A stretch of 64,000 bases of DNA, taken from Candidatus Latescibacterota bacterium. Lineage in GTDB: Bacteria > Latescibacterota > UBA2968 > UBA8231. Under the pieces are notes generated by a model. That model was not told the origin of the DNA and made no database searches. It was given only the letters and a program-made list of their open reading frames with translations. Made by a program: the position numbers and the translations under genes. Every line of letters starts with the position of its first letter. The first letter of the stretch is position 1. Below are positions 38,793-48,926 of this stretch, one piece after another. The stretch is taken from positions 6,240,001-6,304,000 of the forward strand of contig OZ244561.1 of assembly GCA_965217585.1 (NCBI GenBank), given 5' to 3'.

Positions 38793-39245
38793 TTAGGGGG
38801 AGAGGGAAGCTGTGGTAAGAAAGCGATCTGTTTCGCGTTCCATAGCGGCTAGTTGCTCGGGCGTGTCGTGTGTCCAGCCCGCTAGATGGAGTAGGCCGTG
38901 TACCAGCAGGCGAGCTAGTTCCTCTAAAGGAGGGACGCTGAGCGCAGCAGCTTGCCGCTGCGCTTGGGGCAGAGAAATGTACACTTCGCCGCTGCTGTCC
39001 TGACTAGGTATGGTACCCAAATCGAAAGATAAGACATCCGTAGTGCCCTCCTTGCTGCGGTAGGTGGTATTGAGATCGCTCATATAGTCGTCGTCGACGA
39101 GGACTAGCTGGCCTGCGTCCGGTAGTGCGTGGGCGTAGGCGACCTGCGCGGCGACCTGGTGCAGGGCTGCGATTACGTCTGCATGCAGGGGGGCGAGGCC
39201 CTCGTCTTGGACTATGTGGAGGGGCCTATCTAGACGGTCTGCCAT
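38793..39245 (-). CDS. ybeY: rRNA maturation endoribonuclease YbeY
   Basis: LNTTYRSKEGTTDVLSF, GEVYIS, HGLLHLAGWTH. Confidence 0.9.
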   Translation of the reverse strand: MADRLDRPLHIVQDEGLAPLHADVIAALHQVAAQVAYAHALPDAGQLVLVDDDYMSDLNTTYRSKEGTTDVLSFDLGTIPSQDSSGEVYISLPQAQRQAAALSVPPLEELARLLVHGLLHLAGWTHDTPEQLAAMERETDRFLTTASLSP

Positions 39246-41470
39246 TTGCGATTGGCCTTCTGCCAAGGGTATTCCATCCGGCTGTGTAGGACGCCCATCA
39301 GCACGCGAATGAAGCTATCCTCTATTTTGAGCAAATCCCGCAGGGTCAGAGCGCACTCGTCGAGTTCGCCAGCGGTGAATTTCTGCTGGATAATTTTGTG
39401 TACTAACTGGCGCATCCGGCTAGGCGTGCGCTCGGCGAGGGTGCGGGCTGCCGCTTCGACCGAGTCGGCCAACATCAGGATACCTGCCTCTTTGGTCTGG
39501 GGCTTGGGGCCGTTGTACCTGAAATCTTCCTCACGCACGCTCCGGTCGCCCAATTCCACGGCGCGCTCGTAAAAGTACTCGATGACGGTGGTACCGTGGT
39601 GCTGAGAGATTAGGTCGCAGATGGATTGGGGAAGGCCGTGTTCCTCGGCCAATTCGAGCCCCTCGCGGATGTGCGAGGCGATGATGAGCATGCTCAGGTA
39701 GGGCATCAGATTATCGTGGGGGTTGCGCCCGCCTTGCAACCCCTGATTTTCGCTGAAGTACTCAGGCTTGCTCACCTTGCCGATATCGTGGTAATAGCAG
39801 CCGACGCGAGCCAAAAGCGGGTTGGCGGCGATGGCTTCGGCGGCGCTCTCGGAGAGGTTGGCCATAATCAGGCTGTGAGTATAGGTCCCCGGTGCCCGGA
39901 TGGCCAATTGGCGGAGCAAGGTCCGGTTGGGATCCGACAGCTCCAGCAGGGTGATATCCGTGGTGATGTGAAAGATGCTTTCAAAGATCGGCAGCAGGCC
40001 GATGGTGAGGATGGGGGCGGCCGCGCCGATGACGATGCCGGGCAGGATGTGAGCGTATATCTGTTCGACCGGGAAGAAGCGCAACAGGTCCGCCGCCGAG
40101 ATGAGCAGCGCATAAGAGATCGGTAGGAAGATCATGGGGCGGTAGAACTGATTGCGGTGGCGCACGTGCCGCACCGCATAGACGGCTATGGCCGCCGTTA
40201 GGGCACAGATTATGGCTACGTAGAAGTCGGCAAAGAGGTTGCCGACAAAGAGTGCTAACACAAACGAGAGCACCAAGCCAATTTGTGGCGTTAGCAGGAT
40301 CGTCGCTAGCATGGCGGCGAGGGGGATCGGTACCCAGTAGGGGGAGAGGTCGTGCGTTTTGATATAGGAGGCCGCGGTGGCTATGGCAACGGTCAAGATG
40401 GCTAAGAGGACGAGATGGCCAGGCTGGTCAAAAACAGCGCGTTCGTGCGTGGCGAGGAAGTAGCTGAAGACGAAGATCAGGAGTCCGGAGATCGTCGCGG
40501 CCGCAGCTATTTGGATCAGGAGCTTGATCGGATGTTGAGATTGCTCTTGGGCGATGCGATCGGCCAGTGCGTCGAGTGCGTCGACATGCTCTTCGGTGAC
40601 GGTGGCGTGCTTGTCGACGATGAGGTCGTCTTGGGCATAGATCCGCTTGATACTGGCCACGCCGCGCCGTGCCGCGTCCCTGAGGCGGGCGGTTTCCGGC
40701 TCGTCAATGGTCAGATTGGGGGCCACAAAGAGGCTTAGGAGCTCGTGTACGGCTTGGATGGCGTCGCGGTCGGCGATGGTGTGATACGTTTGGATGCGCG
40801 AGATCAATTCACCTTGTTTGAGCTTTTCTTCGCTATAGAGGGTTTCTATGTGCTGTTCCCGGTCTCCGAGGCGGACTTGGGCCGAGGGACTTAGGAGAAT
40901 CGGTTGTTTGGAGGCAATAATGCCCGCGGTATAGTAATTGGCCAGAATCTGCCGACAGATGGCTTGGAAGTCGTGTACATAAGGTTCGCTGGCCGTGGAG
41001 AGGACGTTGATGAGGGTCGAAAGGGCATCGAGCGAGAGCGAACCGATGACTTGAGGGAGTTCGCGTTGGAGTTCGCGTTGCTTGAGCGAGTCGGCCATCT
41101 GGACCCGGATCCTTGGGATCATCACTGCAAAGACTGAGTCTAGCCGAGCTAGCTGCCGCTCTTGAATTAGGGGATCGCGGTGCAAGATGGTGGGGATCTC
41201 GGCGGTCTCTGCTTGGCGTTCGCGCTCCAATTCGGCATCGCTTTTGGGCACGCGAAAGAGAAAAGGGGCCTCAATGCGCTCTTGGGCGATGCTGCCGACG
41301 CGTAGCTGAGCGACATTGTAGGGACGCTGGTAGGGCGATAGGTAGGTGAGCAGGCCGATGACTAGGCCCGCCAAAGCAATATGAAACACCCATAAGCTAT
41401 GCGGGTGCCAAGGTTTGGGCTGATTACTGCGGCGTGTGGAGCCAAACCACTTGGATTTAAGCGCGTTCAT
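39230..41470 (-). CDS. 7TM-HD family phosphohydrolase (PgpH/YqfF-like)
   Basis: Extracellular domain + TM bundle + APGTYTHS, YYHDIGK, QHHGT, MLADSVEAA. Confidence 0.92.
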   Translation of the reverse strand: MNALKSKWFGSTRRSNQPKPWHPHSLWVFHIALAGLVIGLLTYLSPYQRPYNVAQLRVGSIAQERIEAPFLFRVPKSDAELERERQAETAEIPTILHRDPLIQERQLARLDSVFAVMIPRIRVQMADSLKQRELQRELPQVIGSLSLDALSTLINVLSTASEPYVHDFQAICRQILANYYTAGIIASKQPILLSPSAQVRLGDREQHIETLYSEEKLKQGELISRIQTYHTIADRDAIQAVHELLSLFVAPNLTIDEPETARLRDAARRGVASIKRIYAQDDLIVDKHATVTEEHVDALDALADRIAQEQSQHPIKLLIQIAAAATISGLLIFVFSYFLATHERAVFDQPGHLVLLAILTVAIATAASYIKTHDLSPYWVPIPLAAMLATILLTPQIGLVLSFVLALFVGNLFADFYVAIICALTAAIAVYAVRHVRHRNQFYRPMIFLPISYALLISAADLLRFFPVEQIYAHILPGIVIGAAAPILTIGLLPIFESIFHITTDITLLELSDPNRTLLRQLAIRAPGTYTHSLIMANLSESAAEAIAANPLLARVGCYYHDIGKVSKPEYFSENQGLQGGRNPHDNLMPYLSMLIIASHIREGLELAEEHGLPQSICDLISQHHGTTVIEYFYERAVELGDRSVREEDFRYNGPKPQTKEAGILMLADSVEAAARTLAERTPSRMRQLVHKIIQQKFTAGELDECALTLRDLLKIEDSFIRVLMGVLHSRMEYPWQKANRKWQTV

Positions 41471-42423
41471 GAATCGGTCGAGGCGTGGGCTTCCTCATAG
41501 CTATCGTAGGCTTTGATGATCTTCTGCACGAGTGGGTTGCGTACCACATCCTGTTCGTTGAGCCGAACAAACGCCAAGCCAGCGATCCCAGTCAGAATTT
41601 TGGGCGCGACGACCAAGCCCGAGGGTTGGTCGTCGCTGAGGTCGGTCTGAGTAACGTCGCCGGTAACTACGGCCTTTGAGTGGCTGCCTAGCCGGGTGAG
41701 AAACATCTTCATCTGCTGTGGCGTAGTATTTTGGGCTTCGTCGAGAATAATAAACGAATCGTTGAGGGTACGGCCGCGCATGTAGGCTAGCGGCACGACT
41801 TCGACAATTTTCATGTCCTGCATCCGCCGCAGTCGCTCGGGTTCCATGAGATCTTGTAGTGCGTCGTAGAGCGGGCGTAAGTAGGGGTCAACCTTGTCCT
41901 CAAAAGAGCCAGGCAAAAAACCGAGCTTCTCTCCGGCTTCGACGGCGGGCCGGGCGAGCAGGATGCGAGAGATTTGCTTTTGCCGCAGCGCGGCAACGGC
42001 CATAGCCACCGCTAGGTACGTTTTGCCGGTGCCAGCCGGGCCGACGCCGAAGACCACGTCGTTGTTGTCGATGGCTGCAAGATATTTCGCTTGGCCTTCG
42101 GTGCGGGCGTAGATAGCCGTTTTATAGGTATGGGCTACGGGGTTTGGGAAGGTGCTATGGTCTCCCTTGGGTGGGGTCGGACTACAATGAATCAAGTTCT
42201 CTAGCTCGGCTGCTTCGAGGGGCGGGCCGTGGCGCATGCGTTTTATGAGGTGACTGAGGAAGCCATCGGCCTCGCGCACCGAGGCTTCGGACCCCTTAAG
42301 CGTTAGCTTGTCGCCGCGGGCGACTAGGCGAATGCCGTATCTCTTTTCGAGATGAGCCAAGTGTTGATCGTTGCGCCCGAAGAGGGAGCGGCGATCGATG
42401 CCGGCGATGGAAATGTCCTTCAT
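41467..42423 (-). CDS. phoH: PhoH-like ATPase
   Basis: GPAGTGKTYLAVA, RPAVEAGEKLGFLPG, YMRGRTL, DEAQN, GDVTQTDL. Confidence 0.95.
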   Translation of the reverse strand: MKDISIAGIDRRSLFGRNDQHLAHLEKRYGIRLVARGDKLTLKGSEASVREADGFLSHLIKRMRHGPPLEAAELENLIHCSPTPPKGDHSTFPNPVAHTYKTAIYARTEGQAKYLAAIDNNDVVFGVGPAGTGKTYLAVAMAVAALRQKQISRILLARPAVEAGEKLGFLPGSFEDKVDPYLRPLYDALQDLMEPERLRRMQDMKIVEVVPLAYMRGRTLNDSFIILDEAQNTTPQQMKMFLTRLGSHSKAVVTGDVTQTDLSDDQPSGLVVAPKILTGIAGLAFVRLNEQDVVRNPLVQKIIKAYDSYEEAHASTDS

Positions 42424-42441
42424 AGACCTAGTAGCTGGACA

Positions 42442-42500
42442 AAAATACAAAAAGGGGTTTGAAATCCTTCCCTTAAGCCCGGGAAGGACCAAACCCCTTT
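42442..42500 (-). terminator. Terminator hairpin after LysM gene
   Basis: AAAGGGGTTTG...TCCTTCCC/GGGAAGGA...CAAACCCCTTT, followed by a T-rich tract on the - strand. Confidence 0.65.
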
Positions 42501-42536
42501 AAGTCTTGAGATTTATTTAAATCAAGTAGTTGTTAA

Positions 42537-43367
42537 TTACTGGGGAATTTCGAGGACTTGAGCAGGAAAAATCAAGTCTGGCGCGACGATTTGCTGCTTG
42601 TTAGCCTCGTAGATTTTATGCCATTTGCCGGCATTGTTGTAAAGTTCGGCGGCAATTTTGAAGAGGAAGTCTCCTCGGGTGACCAAGTACTGATTTTCGG
42701 CTACCCCGAACGGCACGGCTAAGACTTGGTTGGGGTAGATTAAATCCGGATCTTTGATTTGATCCTTATTCTTCCGGTAGATGCGGGGCCACATGTAGGG
42801 ATCGTCGTATACTTGTTCTTTTTTGGAGATATTCCACAAGTTGTCGCCCCGCACGACCGGGTAGTCAATGACCACGGGTTGGGCTATGCGCGCTTTGAGA
42901 TCGGCGAGCATCTGGTCGATGGTAGCTAGCTTGTCCATCATCTCGGGCAGGGCGGCTATGTTGCTCTGCTTGAGCTCGGCGACTCGGGAGTCGATAGCCG
43001 TGACTTCACCGCGCCGCATAATGAGCACTTCTGGAGCTAGTGCTATCAGACCTTCGAGCTGGGCGATAATAGCGTCGAGTTCACGCCCAAAGGCCATGAC
43101 TTCGGATTCGGAGTGGCCCACTGCTTCGAGGATCTGGGCATTGAGGTCGAGGTTGGCCTGATCGAGCTGGGCAATCTGCATGTTAAGCCCTTCAAGCTGG
43201 GCGTTTAACTCTTCGATCTGGGTGTTAGCCGCGACCTCGCGGTTGACGAGCTCATTCCCCAGAGCCATGTATTCTTCACAGGTCATCTTCTGCTCTTGAG
43301 CAGCGGTGTTTTCGCTCGCTAGGACTAGCAGTGCTAAAGCCAACCCACCAACAGACAACTTCTTCAT
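42537..43367 (-). CDS. Exported coiled-coil protein with two LysM domains
   Basis: Signal peptide; VVRGDNLWNIS...WPRIYRKN...PDLIYP and VTRGDFLFKIA...PDLIFP. Confidence 0.9.
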   Translation of the reverse strand: MKKLSVGGLALALLVLASENTAAQEQKMTCEEYMALGNELVNREVAANTQIEELNAQLEGLNMQIAQLDQANLDLNAQILEAVGHSESEVMAFGRELDAIIAQLEGLIALAPEVLIMRRGEVTAIDSRVAELKQSNIAALPEMMDKLATIDQMLADLKARIAQPVVIDYPVVRGDNLWNISKKEQVYDDPYMWPRIYRKNKDQIKDPDLIYPNQVLAVPFGVAENQYLVTRGDFLFKIAAELYNNAGKWHKIYEANKQQIVAPDLIFPAQVLEIPQ

Positions 43368-43390
43368 GGTCGAACCCTTTCTCATTTAGC

Positions 43391-43663
43391 TTAGTTGGCG
43401 AGGTTGTTTTTGGTAGCGGCTAGTTTGTCTTCTAGTGCTTTTTTAGTGGCTTGCCGCTCGGCGAGTTCACGCTCGAGCTGTGCTTTTTCGGCCTGTAACT
43501 CGGTTACTTTTACTTCGGCGGCCAGAGTGGCTTGGCGTTGTTGTTCTAGATATTCCATGTCTTCCTGCGACGGAGCACGCGAACAGCTAGCGACGAGAGA
43601 CAAAGCCACTACCGACAAGGCGACGCCTAAGTATCTCAAATTCAAAGTGGAAAGACAGCTCAT
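43391..43663 (-). CDS. Small coiled-coil lipoprotein
   Basis: Lipobox VASC, heptad-rich C-terminus, upstream of the LysM gene. Confidence 0.75.
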   Translation of the reverse strand: MSCLSTLNLRYLGVALSVVALSLVASCSRAPSQEDMEYLEQQRQATLAAEVKVTELQAEKAQLERELAERQATKKALEDKLAATKNNLAN

Positions 43664-43797
43664 TAAGTAGTTCCCCCACCTAGGCTTAAGGATCAAACAG
43701 TGATCTTACATTAATATACGGGATATGGGCACAAATATAGGCGACCTATAGTGGATGTCAAGCAGAACAAGCGAAAATCTACCCCGCCTGTACGTTT

Positions 43798-45582
43798 TCA
43801 GACAGACCGAATGCCCAATTCGCGCAACTGGCCCAAATCGACGTAAGAAGGGGCGTTTTCCATCAAGCCCACGGCCTTATTGGTCTTGGGGAAGGCGATG
43901 ACTTCGCGGATTGAATCTTCATTGGTGAGCAGGGCGATCAGCCGGTCAAAGCCAAAGGCGATTCCACCGTGTGGTGGGGCACCGTAATCGAGGGCTTCGA
44001 GGAGGAAACCGAATTTGGCCGTGGCTTCTTCAGCGCTAATTTCTAAGAGTTGAAAAAGGCGGGCTTGTACTGATCGCTGAAAAATTCGCATACTGCCCCC
44101 GGCAATCTCATTGCCATTGAGGACCAAGTCATAGGCGCGTGCCCTGACGTCGGCGGGGGTGCTATCCAGTAGGGCGAGGTCCTCTTCTAGGGGGGCCGTG
44201 AAGGGATGGTGCACGGCTGTAAAGCGGCCGGCTTCCTCGTCGCGCTCTAGAAGTGGGAATTGGCTGACCCAGAGGGGCTGCCAAGAATCATCGGACACTA
44301 GCGAGAGGCGCTGGGCGAGCTCCAAGCGCAGCGCTCCGAGTACCTGGGCAACCAGCTTGGGCTGGTCGGCGACAAAGAGCAGGAGATCACCAGGGACGGA
44401 TTCAAGGGCCTCGATCAACAGGGCTTGAGCCGCTTGAGGGAAGAATTTGACGATGGAGGATTCGAGGCCAGCGTCGGTGTGTTTGATCCAGCTAAGTCCC
44501 TTGGCGCCCAGCCCTTGAGCGAAGGCAATTAAATCGTCAATTTGTCCGCGTGAGAACCCACTGCAGCCCTTGACATTTATACCTTTGACTTGACCACCAC
44601 TGTCAAGTACGGAATGGAAGACTTGGAATTGGGAAATGCGCGCTGCTGCCGCTACATCTTTGAGTTCTAAGCCGAAGCGCAGGTCGGGTTTGTCAGAGCC
44701 GAAGCGCTCCATGGCTTCGCGATAGGTGAGTCGCGGAAAGGGATTGGGTAACTCGATTTGGCGTAGCTGACCGAAGAGGGCGCGGGTCAGACCCTCGGCA
44801 ATGGACATGACATGATCCTCGCGCACGAAGGCCATCTCGATGTCGATTTGGGTGAATTCGGGCTGGCGGTCGGCGCGCAAATCTTCGTCGCGGAAGCATT
44901 TAACGATTTGGAAGTAGCGGTCGTAGCCCGCGATCATCAAGAGCTGCTTGTAGGTTTGAGGCGATTGGGGCAGGGCGAAAAACTGCCCGGGATGGACTCG
45001 ACTGGGGACGAGGTAGTCTCGGGCTCCTTCGGGAGTGCTCTTGGTCAGAAACGGCGTTTCAACTTCGATAAAGCCGTGCTCGTCGAGTAGGCGACGCACG
45101 ATCTGGGAACCCCGGTGCCTGAGTAGCAAATTGCCTTGGATACGGGGCCGCCGAAGGTCCAAGTAGCGATACTTGAGCCGGATTTCCTCGCCGGCATCGG
45201 TTTGGTCTTCGATGAGAAAAGGCGGGGTTAGACAGCGGTTGAGGACGCGTAGCTGATCGCAGTTGACCTCAATGGTCCCGGTGGGCAACTGGGGGTTGAC
45301 CATGCCTTCAGGACGGGCCTCGACTTCGCCTTGTACGGCGATGACGTACTCGTTGCGCAGGTGATTGGCCTGCTGATAGGCGATGGGGTCGCGCTGTGGG
45401 TTGAAGACGATTTGGGTAATGCCGTAGCGGTCGCGGAGGTCTATAAAAATAACGCCGCCGTGGTCGCGGCGGCGCCAGACCCAGCCCATCAGCAGGACGT
45501 GCTGACCGATGTCTTTATCTGTGAGAGTGCCGCAATCGTGCGTGCGCTCCCAGTCCCCCAAGCCTTCGCTAGGTTCTTCCAT
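43798..45582 (-). CDS. aspS: Aspartate--tRNA ligase
   Basis: RTHDCG, RRRDHGGVIFIDLRD, LKYRYLDLRR, STPEGARDYLVP, LPQSPQ, GAPPHGG. Confidence 0.98.
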   Translation of the reverse strand: MEEPSEGLGDWERTHDCGTLTDKDIGQHVLLMGWVWRRRDHGGVIFIDLRDRYGITQIVFNPQRDPIAYQQANHLRNEYVIAVQGEVEARPEGMVNPQLPTGTIEVNCDQLRVLNRCLTPPFLIEDQTDAGEEIRLKYRYLDLRRPRIQGNLLLRHRGSQIVRRLLDEHGFIEVETPFLTKSTPEGARDYLVPSRVHPGQFFALPQSPQTYKQLLMIAGYDRYFQIVKCFRDEDLRADRQPEFTQIDIEMAFVREDHVMSIAEGLTRALFGQLRQIELPNPFPRLTYREAMERFGSDKPDLRFGLELKDVAAAARISQFQVFHSVLDSGGQVKGINVKGCSGFSRGQIDDLIAFAQGLGAKGLSWIKHTDAGLESSIVKFFPQAAQALLIEALESVPGDLLLFVADQPKLVAQVLGALRLELAQRLSLVSDDSWQPLWVSQFPLLERDEEAGRFTAVHHPFTAPLEEDLALLDSTPADVRARAYDLVLNGNEIAGGSMRIFQRSVQARLFQLLEISAEEATAKFGFLLEALDYGAPPHGGIAFGFDRLIALLTNEDSIREVIAFPKTNKAVGLMENAPSYVDLGQLRELGIRSV

Positions 45583-45726
45583 AAGTTACACCTAACCTAA
45601 ATAGTAAGATTTGGATCGCAGGTGGGAAAAAGATAAGGTAGAAGGTAGCTTGGAGGGTGTCAAGAAAGGGCGGGGTTGGTTGACATGGTGGTTTTTGGTT
45701 CTTTTAATCGAGAAGGGGAGATTTTT

Positions 45727-46659
45727 GTGGCTGGCCTATCGGTCGTCGAACAGATTGGCGATACGCCGCTTTTGCGGCTGAGAGATCCGGCGATTCCGCC
45801 GAGGGTGGAAGTCTATGCTAAGCTGGAGTTCTTCAACCCCGGGGGGTCGGTCAAAGACCGGCCGGCGCGAAGGATGATTGAGGACGGCGAGCAGGATGGA
45901 TCACTAAGGCCGGGCAAGGTCATTTTGGATTCCACTTCTGGAAATACCGGCATTGCCTACGCGATGATCGGTGCGGCCAAGGGCTATCGGGTAAAATTGG
46001 CTATGCCGGCCAATGTCAGTCGCGAGCGCAAGGCCATCCTCGCCGCCTATGGTGCCGAAGTGGTGTACACCGACCCGGGGGAGTTGTCCGACGGGGCCAT
46101 ACGGGAAGCGCGGCAGATATACGAAGCCGATCCCGATCGCTACTTCAAGCCCGACCAATACAACAATCCCGCGAATTGGCACGCCCATCGCGACACCACT
46201 GCACCCGAAATCTGGGAGCAGACCCAAGGCTGCGTCACTCATTTTGTCGCCACCATCGGGACTAGTGGTACGCTGATGGGTACCGGCCGAGGTCTTAGGG
46301 AGTTCAATCCGGCTATCCAGATCATTGCCGCTGAGCCGGCCGAGCCGTTTCACGGCATTGAGGGGCTTAAGCACATGGAGAGTTCAATTGTCCCGGGCAT
46401 CTACGACGAGACCCTCCTCGACTACAAAATACCCATAGATACCGATGATGCTTACGATACTGCACTGCGTCTGCCGGTCGAGCAGGGAGTTCTCATCGGC
46501 CAGTCTGCGGGCGGAGCCTATTGGGCCGCGCTGGAAGTTGCTCGCCAGCTAGATACGGGGGTGGTGGTGACGATATTTTGCGATGGCGGCGACAAGTACA
46601 TGAGTACGCCTATGTGGCGGCTAGCCCTCGATGGCATCAGTAAGCGAAAGGCTGGCTGA
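45727..46659 (+). CDS. cysM: PLP-dependent cysteine synthase (CysM-type, probably sulfur-carrier dependent)
   Basis: IGDTPL, KLEFFNPGGSVKDR, TSGNTG, GTSGT; adjacent to JAB and MoaD-like genes. Confidence 0.85.
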   Translation: MAGLSVVEQIGDTPLLRLRDPAIPPRVEVYAKLEFFNPGGSVKDRPARRMIEDGEQDGSLRPGKVILDSTSGNTGIAYAMIGAAKGYRVKLAMPANVSRERKAILAAYGAEVVYTDPGELSDGAIREARQIYEADPDRYFKPDQYNNPANWHAHRDTTAPEIWEQTQGCVTHFVATIGTSGTLMGTGRGLREFNPAIQIIAAEPAEPFHGIEGLKHMESSIVPGIYDETLLDYKIPIDTDDAYDTALRLPVEQGVLIGQSAGGAYWAALEVARQLDTGVVVTIFCDGGDKYMSTPMWRLALDGISKRKAG

Positions 46660-47154
46660 ATGCTGCGCATCGCCCACAGGGACTTTGAACGGATTTGCGC
46701 CCAAGCCTTGGCCGAGTATCCACACGAGTGTTGCGGTCTGTTGGTCGATAAGGTGCCGGGCGGGGTGTCCGCTGCCCATGCCTGTACTAATGTACAGCAA
46801 CAGCGGCACGAAGAAGATCCCAAGCACTATCCCCGCGATGCAAGCACGGCCTATCTGATCGACGCAGGCGAGCAGTTACGCATCGCGGAGGCGGCTGAAA
46901 AGGCCGGTGGCTGGATCTCGGGTTGCTATCATTCCCACATTGATTGCGCGGCCTATTTCTCGACCGAAGACGAGAGGCGCACTTGGATATTCAACAGCCG
47001 AGAGGCGGGCGACGACCCGGACGACCCGGACGCGATTTATATGGTGCTCTCAGTATGCGGCGAGGAGGCGGGCAGCCAGAGGAAAGTTCAAGGTTACAAA
47101 TGTTTTGCTTGGGACGGCAGCCGCTACGCCGAAACGGGTGTTGAAATAGTTTAG
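46660..47154 (+). CDS. JAB/MPN (Mov34) metalloprotease, Mec-like
   Basis: YPHECCG, YHSHID..AYFSTED (JAMM E...HxH...S..D). Confidence 0.88.
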   Translation: MLRIAHRDFERICAQALAEYPHECCGLLVDKVPGGVSAAHACTNVQQQRHEEDPKHYPRDASTAYLIDAGEQLRIAEAAEKAGGWISGCYHSHIDCAAYFSTEDERRTWIFNSREAGDDPDDPDAIYMVLSVCGEEAGSQRKVQGYKCFAWDGSRYAETGVEIV

Positions 47155-47234
47155 TAAAGCCGCTTCCTAAAAACCGATAAAATGCGGGCGGCAGGGCAGC
47201 AAATATTAACTACATTAACCAAATGGAGGATGAA

Positions 47235-47513
47235 ATGCCGGTTACTGTTCACATTCCCACGCCGTTGCGAAAATTGACCCATAATCAGGCCGAGGTCGTG
47301 CTGGAGGCGGCGACTATTAGCCAGTTGGTAGATGGGCTCGAAGGCACCTACGAGGGCTTGGCCGAGAAACTGCTCGACGGGGGAGGCGAGATCCGCCGCT
47401 ACGTCAATATCTTCGTCAACGACGAAGATATCCGCTTCCTCGACGGCAAGGACACGCCTCTCAACGACGGCGACAGCGTCTCCATCGTCCCAGCCATTGC
47501 CGGCGGCAGTTGA
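47235..47513 (+). CDS. Ubiquitin-like sulfur carrier (MoaD/ThiS/CysO family)
   Basis: VHIPTPLR, RRYVNIFVNDEDIRF, SIVPAIAGG-S. Confidence 0.92.
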   Translation: MPVTVHIPTPLRKLTHNQAEVVLEAATISQLVDGLEGTYEGLAEKLLDGGGEIRRYVNIFVNDEDIRFLDGKDTPLNDGDSVSIVPAIAGGS

Positions 47514-47550
47514 GGACTACCGTACCGGCTGGCGTTAGGTTTGGTACAGG

Positions 47551-48468
47551 ATGAAACGCGCCCACAATGTGCTGGAGTTAATCGGGGCTACGCCTATGGT
47601 CCGCCTCAGCCGAGTCGTCGGGGAGGATGCCGCCGAGGTATGGGGCAAGTTGGAGGCGACCAATCCCGGTGGCAGTGTCAAAGACCGCATCGCTCTGGCG
47701 ATGATCGAAGCCGCCGAAGAGGAGGGTCTGCTGGCCGAGGGCGGCACGATCATTGAGCCGACTAGCGGCAATACCGGTATTGGCTTGGCCATGGTGGCTG
47801 CCTACAAAGGCTACAAGCTCATCGTCACCATGTTCGATACAGCCAGCCGCGAGCGCCGCTTACAGATGCAGGCTTATGGTGCCGAGGTCGTGCTGACGCC
47901 AGCGGCCGAGGGCATGCGGGGTGCTATCGATAAAGCGCTTGAACTCAAGCGCGAGCATCCAGATTACTTTTTGCCACAGCAGTTTATGAACGCAGCGAAT
48001 CCTGAGATACACCGCCGTACAACCGGCCGTGAGATTTTAGAACAGCTAGATGGCCGAATCGATGCCTTTGTGGCTGGTGTGGGTACTGGGGGGTCGTTGA
48101 CCGGAGTCGGTGAGGTACTCAAGGAGACTCTATCTGCAGTGCGGGTCATCGCCGTCGAGCCTGCTGGGTCGCCCGTGCTTTCAGGTAGGGGAGCTGGGTT
48201 CAGTTATATAGAGGGAATCGGCGCGGGTTTTGTGCCACCGATCCTCAACCTCGAGGTTGTCGACGAGGTGCGAGTCATTACCGACGACGACGCTTATGAA
48301 ATGGCCCGCCGCTTGGCGCGCGAGGAAGGGCTTTTGGTGGGGATTTCAGCCGGAGCCAACGCCTATATCGCCACCCAAGTCGCTCGAGAGCTGGGATCAA
48401 CTGCTCGAGTCGCGACTATCCTCTGCGACAGCGGATTGCGCTACTTGAGTACTCGTGCCTTTGAATGA
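47551..48468 (+). CDS. cysK: Cysteine synthase A
   Basis: NPGGSVKDRIA, EPTSGNTGIG, GVGTGG, IEGIGAGFVP. Confidence 0.9.
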   Translation: MKRAHNVLELIGATPMVRLSRVVGEDAAEVWGKLEATNPGGSVKDRIALAMIEAAEEEGLLAEGGTIIEPTSGNTGIGLAMVAAYKGYKLIVTMFDTASRERRLQMQAYGAEVVLTPAAEGMRGAIDKALELKREHPDYFLPQQFMNAANPEIHRRTTGREILEQLDGRIDAFVAGVGTGGSLTGVGEVLKETLSAVRVIAVEPAGSPVLSGRGAGFSYIEGIGAGFVPPILNLEVVDEVRVITDDDAYEMARRLAREEGLLVGISAGANAYIATQVARELGSTARVATILCDSGLRYLSTRAFE

Positions 48469-48477
48469 GAGGAAATA

Positions 48478-48732
48478 TTAGGCCATCGTCTGCACGAGGC
48501 GGCTTAACCGCGACTTGTAGCGAGCGGCGGCATTTTTGTGGATAATGCCTTTGCTGGTGGTCCTGTCGACCATCGAGATCGCCGCCTGTAGAGCGGTTTC
48601 GGCCGAGGCTTTGTCCGGAGCTTGACGGACTTTTTTTAGGGCCGTGCGCATCCGCGAGCGGAGCGCGCGGTTGCGTGCGTAGGCTTTGACGCTAGTGACT
48701 TGGTGCTTTTTGGCAGACTTGAGTTTGGGCAA
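48478..48732 (-). CDS. rpsT: 30S ribosomal protein S20
   Basis: KSAKK...RN..RSRMRT, KGIIHKNAAARYKSRL; TTG start. Confidence 0.95.
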   Translation of the reverse strand: MPKLKSAKKHQVTSVKAYARNRALRSRMRTALKKVRQAPDKASAETALQAAISMVDRTTSKGIIHKNAAARYKSRLSRLVQTMA

Positions 48733-48926
48733 TTTTGCACTCCTTTAATAAAATTGTTAAATATATATGAAGTGGGGAGAGGGGGCAAGGCGAGGTTTCT
48801 GAGGTCTCTTTAACTCGACTTTCATTTGTACCTCGTTCAAAAAGTCGAGATAAGACCGGTAAAAGAGGCGAGCGATTAAACCAGAACAGACCGGAATCCC
48901 GTATAAAATTAGCCCTGTGGTTTATC

